Shown piece by piece: positions 57,014-64,000 of a DNA stretch of 64,000 nucleotides (its first letter is position 1; every line of letters starts with the position of its first letter). Origin of the DNA: Macrostomum hystrix. Its lineage: Eukaryota > Animalia > Platyhelminthes. The translations under genes were made by a program, and so were the position numbers. The stretch lies in NCBI GenBank assembly GCA_950097015.1, contig CATNEN010000032.1, forward strand, positions 744,001 to 808,000, in the 5' to 3' direction. Under the pieces are notes generated by a model that was not told where the DNA came from, did not search any database, and saw only the letters and a program-made list of their open reading frames with translations.

Positions 57014-57196
57014 TGGTTTCAGAGCAATTTTCTCTTCCTCACTGATGTTAAGGTAAGGACTTTTGAATCCGATGACAGAATACCTCTCGCTGCCCTGCGC
57101 ATTTTCATAAACGAACAAAAAAAATTCCTTTGAATAGTCAGCAGGAAATTTGCTGCCAGCAGCTTTTGGTGCGTGTCTCAGACCGAATCGTGACAT
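57014..57196 (-). other. Candidate host coding exon
   Basis: ATG at 57196 after a CAG, open frame MSRFGLRHAPK...IALKP ending at a perfect GTAAGT donor. Confidence 0.35.
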
Positions 57197-57578
57197 CCTG
57201 AATCCTTAATCTTGATTGTGCGGTAGGACTGTAGTAATAGCAATACTCTGGCAGAGCAAAGGCAAGATAGAATAAAATGATGCACAAAGTAAGTCGTGCA
57301 GTAGCGGAAGACTTTAGGGATCAAAGACAAAAAACATAAAACATGTAAGCAATTTTTCAACTTTGCTTTTGGAACAGTCGCCGCGAGGAACAAGGGAGAG
57401 CGACTTTTGAATTTGTCTTCATTTTTCGCCGCATATAACAAACTGGTTTGCTAACAAAATACACTGTTTAACGATTATTCACTTACGATATGTACCAAAT
57501 TGAACGCTTAAACATACTCTATAAGTAATTCTATTCGTAACCCTCTCCTTGCGTTTTTACACTCATCACTTAAATTAA

Positions 57579-60500
57579 CAGCAACAACAACAACAAAGAA
57601 CTGCTCCCGCCAGCCACACAGGGGCCAGAGAGGGGGAGAGCAGTCAGAGAGCGCGTTTCTGGGCCAACGATCTCAAAAAGTCACACCCGCTAGCTTGGTC
57701 CGGGGCGCCAGCATCACTCAGAAGCCGTTCAGGAAATCTCGCCGTTCGCCCTTGGCCTCGCCTGCGCGGTCCCTGCAGCTTGAGCAGCAGCACGTCGTGT
57801 AGTGGCTCAGGGCAGCGGGCCTCCGACCGGATGACGTGGCCAGCCAGTCGAAGTCGCCGCCCGCGCAGCAGGTCAGAAGGCCGCGTCAGGCGCGCCCTAG
57901 CGTAGAGCGCGGCAGTGGTCTCACTGCCTGGGCCGCTGCGCACCCCGAACGCCGCACGCAGCATAGCCGCATGCGCTGCGTCCAGCTGCCTCTCCAAAGC
58001 GTCCGTCAGGGTCCAGGTCTCGGCGTTATACAGCAAGACAGTCTCAACGACTGCCTGAAACAGCCGAGCCTTGAGCCCGTCGTCCAGGGCCTCAGATTGG
58101 AGTATGGGGCGCACTGAGCGGAGCGCGGCCCAGGCCAGTCCTCGTCGCCTCACCAGGTCGTCGGCAACGTCTGGCACGAGGCCGCCGAGGTACAAGAACT
58201 TCTGGCAGTGGGTAAGCCTGATTGCTTCTCCAGCAGCGTCTCGATAGTTGATCTCGGCAGGCAGGTCAGAGGGCACCGTGAAGACGACCGTCTTCCGCGC
58301 GTTCAGCATGAGGCCGACCCGCGATGCTGCCGCCGTAAGGCCATCTAGCAGCCGCTGAGCGCCTTCTGCCGTCGATGACAAAAGCGCGAGGTCATCCGCG
58401 TAGCCGAGAACGGAGAGCCGCTTCTCCGGGTGCCGCCGACTCGTGCGCCTTCTCAGCAGGAAGCCGTCGTCCGAGTTTGGCAGGCCGGTCCTCAGCACCC
58501 AGTCCAGTGCCAGCACAAACAGGAAAGGCGCCAGAGTGTCACCCTGCAGCACGCCTGACGACGTGCTGAAATGGTCCGACAGTCCATCTGGCATCATCAC
58601 CGAAGCGGTCGTATCCTGATACATCGCCATGATGGCGGAAATCAGTTGCTCCGGTACATTGTACGCGCGAAGCACGAGAGGCAGCGCGCCGCGGGCCAAC
58701 GAGTCGAAAGCCTTGAGGAAATCAATGAAGATCACCACGAGACTTGACTGATGGATGCGCGCCTCCTCGATGATGCGGCGGAGGGCAAGGATCTGCGTCA
58801 CTGTGCCACGATGTGGGCGGAACCCGTTCTGCTCAGGGCGCAGGAACTGGTCCAGCACGTGCTGTAACCGAGCTAGCAGCACGCGATTGAACAGCTTTGC
58901 GGCGCAGGACATGAGCGAAATCCCCCTGTGCTCCTCCTTCCGTGTCGTGCCTGGCTTCTTCGGAATCGCAACGATGTGCGCGGTTGTCCACTCTCGGGGC
59001 GCGGCACCTCCAGAGAGCACGCCGTTCATCACGCGGGCCACCTCAGTGGCGACCCTCGTGACTCGCAGTGCCTCCATAGGTACATCGTCTGGTCCAGGGG
59101 CGCGGCCTCCCGGCGCCCGTCGAGCAAACTGCACTACGTCGGTGCTGGTCACTGGCTGAGTGTCGAAAGCCTCCTGCTTCGGCAGCGCCGTCTCGGACGG
59201 CAGTGGCATCGCTTCTGGTAGAGGCGGCGGTGGCGCGTTGACGATATCGGCGAAGAAGTCACGCAGCTCATTTCTGCGTGCCTCTGGCGTGTCGCCTGCC
59301 AAATTCAGCGCCGTTTTCTTCTTGCGGCCAGTCAGGGCGTTGATTGTGGGCCAGACGAGCCGATTCCGTTGGTCAGGCCCTGCGGAGGTGACGCTTCGGA
59401 TGGCATCGTTGACAGCGGCTTGCTGCTGCTTGGCGTAGACGTCCGACAGTGTTTTCTCGGCCTCGGCCGTCGGCCGCCTGGTCCGTCGCAGCCTCTCGAC
59501 TGTCCGCCTCGCCTCCTGAACCTCCTTGTCATTTGCCCAGACCGGGAGGCAACGGGGTGCTGGTTTCATCAATGGCAGCGTTTTGCTAGCTGCCGTCGCT
59601 ATTGCCGTGCTGATGACAGAATAATTACCGGTGCTCGCAGACTCTCCCAGTGCAGTGGCAAACGCGTAGGCGAACCTGCTGCGGGTGTTGGGGTCTCGCA
59701 GAGCCCGATAGTAGCGGCGTGGGGGCCGCCTGGGCGGCCTGTAGAGCGGGTCCCGGATGCGAAGGTTGCAGAAAAGCAGGCGATGGTCGGATCGGATGGA
59801 CAGCAGGGCCATCGTGTCGCAGTCAGTGACTCGTCTGCGCTCGCGGTGGCGAACTAGAATGTGGCGAATGTGGTCGAGCTGGGCCCGGCGGATCGTGGCA
59901 TTTCGGCGCGCGTTCCGTTTCCTTCGCTTACAGCCGGCAAAGGTTGCCAACCGAAAAGCTGGCTTGCGGAAACGCGTGTTCGCCGACACCAGATCCTGCC
60001 GCGACATAAGGTCCGCCAACGCGAGAGAGTTGCCATTCTGGCGCGGGGACACGAATAGGGAGCGCTGGGACCTCTCCGCGACAGCGTTGAGATCTCCGAG
60101 CACCACCAGAGTATCCCGCGACGCGACCGACTCGAGCTGCTCCGACAGGAAATCAAAGAACTCCTGCGCTTCATGCTGATGGGCAGCTGTCGGTGCATAC
60201 GCGCAGAAAAGCCGGGCGTTACGGCCACGCAGCCTCACATCCACACGCAGCAGCCGAGGTGACACAGCGACACAGCAGACACTCTGCTGCAACCGTGGTC
60301 CGACCAGAGCGCCGACTCCTCCTCGTCCTCGACTGTCCGCTGAGGTGAAAAACAGGGTCCAGCCGGCACCGAGATCCTCACGTTGGAGGCCGTCCTGGGT
60401 CACAATTGAGACCTCTTGCAGCATTACAATGTCCAGCTGCAGGTCTGATGCCAGCTGCGCTAGCATTCCCCTCCTCCAAGCAGATTTTAGAGAGCGACAG

Positions 60501-60842
60501 TTAAAGGTGGCAATTCTAAACACGCTCCCTGGTACGGTTGGGGCCCGGACTTGTTGGGCCTCGCGGTCTCCCGCACCACCGGGCAGAACCGATTGGGTTG
60601 GGGCCGGGTCAAGCAAACGTGCCGACTTGCGAAGACGACCCTGTAGCCGCCCTCGCCTGTTGCGCTCACGCCGCCGCTGGATGCGCCGGTGGGGACTTCG
60701 TTTGCCTCGCCGGGTGCCCTTCCCGCCGCTGTCAGCAGCCGCAGCATCCGCGTTGACAGAGCGCGGCTCACCGTTCATACCTGGGCAAGTGCCAGCCTGA
60801 TGGCCAGGATTACCCGGAGGTCGCGGCATATTTGCACCAAAG
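57579..60842 (-). mobile_element. RTE-clade non-LTR retrotransposon
   Basis: Single APE-RT ORF, short 3' UTR, (TTG)n tail at about 57579-57596; no clear TSD. Confidence 0.88.
57644..60829 (-). CDS. RTE APE-endonuclease/reverse transcriptase, 1061 aa from ATG, intact
   Basis: IATFNCRSL, MLQEV, GDLNA, SDHRLL; RGISLMS, QNGFRP, FIDFLKAFD, GVLQGDTLAP, YADD. Confidence 0.93.
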   Translation of the reverse strand: MPRPPGNPGHQAGTCPGMNGEPRSVNADAAAADSGGKGTRRGKRSPHRRIQRRRERNRRGRLQGRLRKSARLLDPAPTQSVLPGGAGDREAQQVRAPTVPGSVFRIATFNCRSLKSAWRRGMLAQLASDLQLDIVMLQEVSIVTQDGLQREDLGAGWTLFFTSADSRGRGGVGALVGPRLQQSVCCVAVSPRLLRVDVRLRGRNARLFCAYAPTAAHQHEAQEFFDFLSEQLESVASRDTLVVLGDLNAVAERSQRSLFVSPRQNGNSLALADLMSRQDLVSANTRFRKPAFRLATFAGCKRRKRNARRNATIRRAQLDHIRHILVRHRERRRVTDCDTMALLSIRSDHRLLFCNLRIRDPLYRPPRRPPRRYYRALRDPNTRSRFAYAFATALGESASTGNYSVISTAIATAASKTLPLMKPAPRCLPVWANDKEVQEARRTVERLRRTRRPTAEAEKTLSDVYAKQQQAAVNDAIRSVTSAGPDQRNRLVWPTINALTGRKKKTALNLAGDTPEARRNELRDFFADIVNAPPPPLPEAMPLPSETALPKQEAFDTQPVTSTDVVQFARRAPGGRAPGPDDVPMEALRVTRVATEVARVMNGVLSGGAAPREWTTAHIVAIPKKPGTTRKEEHRGISLMSCAAKLFNRVLLARLQHVLDQFLRPEQNGFRPHRGTVTQILALRRIIEEARIHQSSLVVIFIDFLKAFDSLARGALPLVLRAYNVPEQLISAIMAMYQDTTASVMMPDGLSDHFSTSSGVLQGDTLAPFLFVLALDWVLRTGLPNSDDGFLLRRRTSRRHPEKRLSVLGYADDLALLSSTAEGAQRLLDGLTAAASRVGLMLNARKTVVFTVPSDLPAEINYRDAAGEAIRLTHCQKFLYLGGLVPDVADDLVRRRGLAWAALRSVRPILQSEALDDGLKARLFQAVVETVLLYNAETWTLTDALERQLDAAHAAMLRAAFGVRSGPGSETTAALYARARLTRPSDLLRGRRLRLAGHVIRSEARCPEPLHDVLLLKLQGPRRRGQGRTARFPERLLSDAGAPDQASGCDFLRSLAQKRAL

Positions 60843-60944
60843 TGCAAATTTAATAGAACTGCAAATTTAATAGAACTGCAAATTTAATAGAACTGCAAAT
60901 TTAATAGAACTGCAAATTTAATAGAACTGCAAATTTAATAGAAC
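60843..60944. repeat. Tandem repeat, 6 x 17 bp (TGCAAATTTAATAGAAC)
   Basis: Six exact head-to-tail copies at the RTE 5' junction. Confidence 0.95.
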
Positions 60945-61102
60945 ACTAATAAAATATTAAGAAATTTAATAGTAAACTTACTTTTACTTAAATTAAGTAA
61001 GATTTTAGAAACGAGTATTCAGTATTTTACAATATGGGATGTCGGAACATGCATGATTTATCAATGTCGGATAATACACGCATGATTCATCATTGTGTTG
61101 GA

Positions 61103-61199
61103 AAGAAGGGAGCAGGGATAATAAAACGGCACGCTTTTAGGGCAGGTTGCATCTGCAAGAAGGGAGCATGGATAATAAAACGGCACGCTTTTAGGGCAG
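61103..61199. repeat. 43-bp direct repeat, 54-bp period
   Basis: AAGAAGGGAGCA(G/T)GGATAATAAAACGGCACGCTTTTAGGGCAG at 61103 and 61157; possibly CACTA subterminal. Confidence 0.85.
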
Positions 61200-61210
61200 A
61201 AAAAATGAAA

Positions 61211-63605
61211 CTAGTCATGCATGTAGCTATAGACCGGTACAATGCAAAATAGTGAGGGACCGCGCCATGGAATTAAAGTACAGGGCGCCAAAAAATCGGA
61301 CAGCGGGACGTTAAATATAGCGCTAGGACGAGTAATGTTATAGATGTTGAAGGAAATGAATTGGTTCGCATTAATGATCGAGTCGACTGTCTCCATCATT
61401 GCAACGTCTCTCGCACAGAATGAAGTACCTTCATTGTTAAGTGTCTCGCGAATGACAGACGTAATGGGGTCAACAATACGCAAAGAAGCCATTTGACCTG
61501 TGATGCTGGATATAATACCGATCTGCTTACCGCGCAGGAAAACAATCGAGTTCTTTGTCTTGCGAGCGGCATCCTCGTCAGAAGAACAGTACATACCCTT
61601 GGTAGAACTGGATCCGATAGAAATCATCGTCAGTGCCAGTTGAACTCTTTCGCTAGGCGATGATTACAATACACGGAATAATCGTTTTATCAGCAGCGTC
61701 TTTGATGCCATTTGACAAGCATAATTCCGTGTGCCCATTAACAACTTTTTGTAACGACCTATGGCACTCTCAAAGCCGAACATCGAGGCCACAGAGATAG
61801 GTCCAAAATTCTGGTACATCATGGGATAGTGCACCAAAAAATGAAAATTCAGGCGGCAACTACTTTCTCCGAACAAAGTAGGTAAATCTTGCAGGATTCT
61901 ATCTCTCAGAATGCAAATGTGGGCACATGATGAGTCTCTGTGCAAAAGCAGACAATAAAGAACGCTTTGTGGTGCAATGAAGACTCGCATACCAGTGTTT
62001 GACGTTGAGCGAAAAAATATTGGAAAAGAAACAAATAGAATGAAATTCCTGAAATGCTTTCCTTTCCATAAGGACAAGCGCGCTAGTGATGGTGGCAACG
62101 CAAAATTACGAGGAACTACGCACTGGGACATGACCTTGTCTGCCAATTTTGTCTGCCCTTCGAATAGGGCGTGCATAGGGTCAATGACATTCATTTCTGG
62201 AAATTTGATGTATTGCAGAATTGCTGCCAATGCTCGGACGCAAAACATCGGTGATCCTCGAACCTCGGCGACCTCTGCGTGTGCCAGGTGTGACGAATGC
62301 GTTCACAACTCAAAGCTCTCGCCGTCGATATGAGAAAACACGCGAACTCGACCCCTTTCTGAGACGCGAACGGACTCTCCCGCATGCAAGCACTTCGGAC
62401 AACTAAACTTTCCATTGAACTGGTGAATGCAGAATATCTGCGCTAGTGCTGGCAGATCGGCAATGAAAAACGAAAAGTGGATATTGACTTCATGTCGACC
62501 ATGAGTGAAACTAGTCGGGACACGCGAAAAGAGAATGGGTAGAACTTTCTCAAAGTCAGGCTTTTTGTGACACTCTATCATAGCTAGAAGGATGCAATTT
62601 GTAAACTTGTCTCTCGGATGGCTTCAAGTTGAGCAGTTGTGCCTGGATTGGCCAGAAAGAAGTTTCTGAAGATTTCATGCACTTCGTCCCATCGGCACAT
62701 ACGAGGAGGTGAAAATGACTATTGGAGTCGTTAGAGAGCTCTAGTTGCTCAGTCACAGCAGCCTTGCTACTTAAAAGATCACACCCAGGATTGCGACGCA
62801 AAAAAACCTCATATTCGAGAATTTCAGCAAATTTTCGTGCGAAGATATCTCTTAGCTGCTCTTCTAGTAAGGGAATCACGATCCTACATCTTCTCGCATG
62901 CGATTGATCGTGGCACTCGGTAGGGCAACGTGAACAGACAAAAAACTCGAATAATAGATCATCGTCTCCAAAAGAGTCCTTAATCAGTGTCTTAAGCGCA
63001 TCTATGTTTGGTGGAAAATTGATACCTTGACGCAAGACCCGAACCAACCTCAAGAGGCGATCCAACGTAGCATCATTGACCCCGGAGGTGATGGCCCACA
63101 AATACAGCAAAGCAGCGGAAGTCTCGATATTATCTACGTCCATAAAATATGCGCCATCGCTCTGAATGTCGGCTGCGTCGCCATCGCCCTGCGTGTCGGT
63201 CAGGTCGCCGTCCCTCTGAGTTTCGGCAGCGCCGCCATCGCTCTGAGTGTCGACCATGTCGCCGTCGTTCCGAGTGTCGTCACTGTCGCTCTGTGTGTTG
63301 CCATCGCTCTGTGTGTCGCCATCGCTCTGAGTGTCGAACATGTCGCCGTCGTTCTGAGTGCCGTCACTGTCGCTCTGTGTGTTGCCATCGCTCTGAGTGT
63401 CGATCATGTCGCCGTCGTTCTGAGTGCCGTCACTGTCGCTCTGTGTGTTGCCACCGCTCTGAGTGTCGATCATGTCGCCGTCGTTCTGAGTGTCGTCACT
63501 GTCGCTCTGTGTGTTGCCATCGCTCTGAGTGTCGACCATGTCGCCGTCGTTCTGAGTGCCGTCACTGTCGCTCTGTGTGTTGCCACCGCTCTGAGTGTCG
63601 ATCAT
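61211..63605 (-). pseudogene. Second CACTA/EnSpm transposase, fragmented
   Basis: CADGT...FWPIQ; IADLPA...NGKFSCPKC; DPMHALFEG; WKGKHFR; FHFLVHY...GPISVASMFGFES. Confidence 0.85.
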
Positions 63606-64000
63606 GTCGCCGTCGTTCTGAGTGTCGTCACTGTCGCTCTATGTTGCCATCGCTCTGAGTGTCGACCATGTCGCCGTCGTTCTGAGTGCCGTCACTGTCG
63701 CTCTGTGTGTTGCCATCGCTCTGAGTGTCGATCATGTCGCCGTCGTTCTGAGTGCCGTCACTGTCGCTCTGTGTGTTGCCACCGCTCTGAGTGTCGATCA
63801 TGTCGCCGTCGTTCTGAGTGTCGTCACTGTCGCTCTGTGTGTTGCCATCGCTCTGAGTGTCGACCATGTCGCCGTCGTTCTGAGTGCCGTCACTGTCGCT
63901 CTGTGTGTTGCCACCGCTCTGAGTGTCGATCATGTCGCCGTCGTTCTGAGTGTCGTCACTGTCGCTCTATGTTGCCATCGCTCTGAGTGTCGACCATGTC
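63235..64000 (-). repeat. 66-bp coding tandem repeat (22-aa unit M(I/V)DTQS(D/G)GNTQSDSD(G/D)TQNDGD), runs off the window
   Basis: About 11-12 units at 66-bp period; 2-bp deletions at 63641 and 63969. Confidence 0.93.

Noticed and set aside
60843-60944. CRISPR-like repeat array
   Set aside because: Units are contiguous with no spacers; eukaryotic context.
63027-63986. Hydrophobic 319-aa and Cys/Arg-rich 169-aa plus-strand ORFs
   Set aside because: Antisense shadows of the 66-bp repeat.
1-64000. Uni-strand piRNA-cluster orientation bias
   Set aside because: Elements lie on both strands.

Overview
Eukaryotic (probably invertebrate metazoan; species not determinable) DNA made almost entirely of nested transposable elements. 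No prokaryotic genes, rRNA, tRNA or CRISPR were found. Left to right: (1) an 11.5-kb non-autonomous Gypsy-like LTR element E1 (708-12180) with near-identical 2.3-kb LTRs, tRNA-Leu PBS, gag, a canonical -1 frameshift into protease only, and orphan ORFs where RT/RH/IN should be; (2) a scrambled Ingi-like LINE with a 2A peptide; (3) a broken Crypton tyrosine recombinase, a P-like MITE and a Harbinger remnant; (4) a minus-strand Gypsy pol followed by two paralogous double-RING genes; (5) a Harbinger transposon with intact Myb and transposase ORFs (25896-51108), into whose left end a 22.7-kb Gypsy element A is inserted (TATA...TATA LTRs, TSD ATGCT). Element A itself contains a BEL/Pao element, a gag-env fusion ORF, a CACTA/EnSpm element with a BEN-domain gene, a fold-back LTR-gag fragment and the 3' end of a related element B; (6) a second MITE, a Sola2-like transposase with PHD finger, a Tc1-like remnant, an intact RTE LINE and a second CACTA transposase with a 66-bp TQxD coding repeat. 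The strongest novelty candidates are retrotransposon accessory genes: conserved antisense leucine-zipper/TM/CCRRR microproteins in A and B (FAST-like architecture), tandem double-RING proteins, and a gag-env fusion apparently upstream of pol. All family calls come from motifs read by eye; no database search was run.
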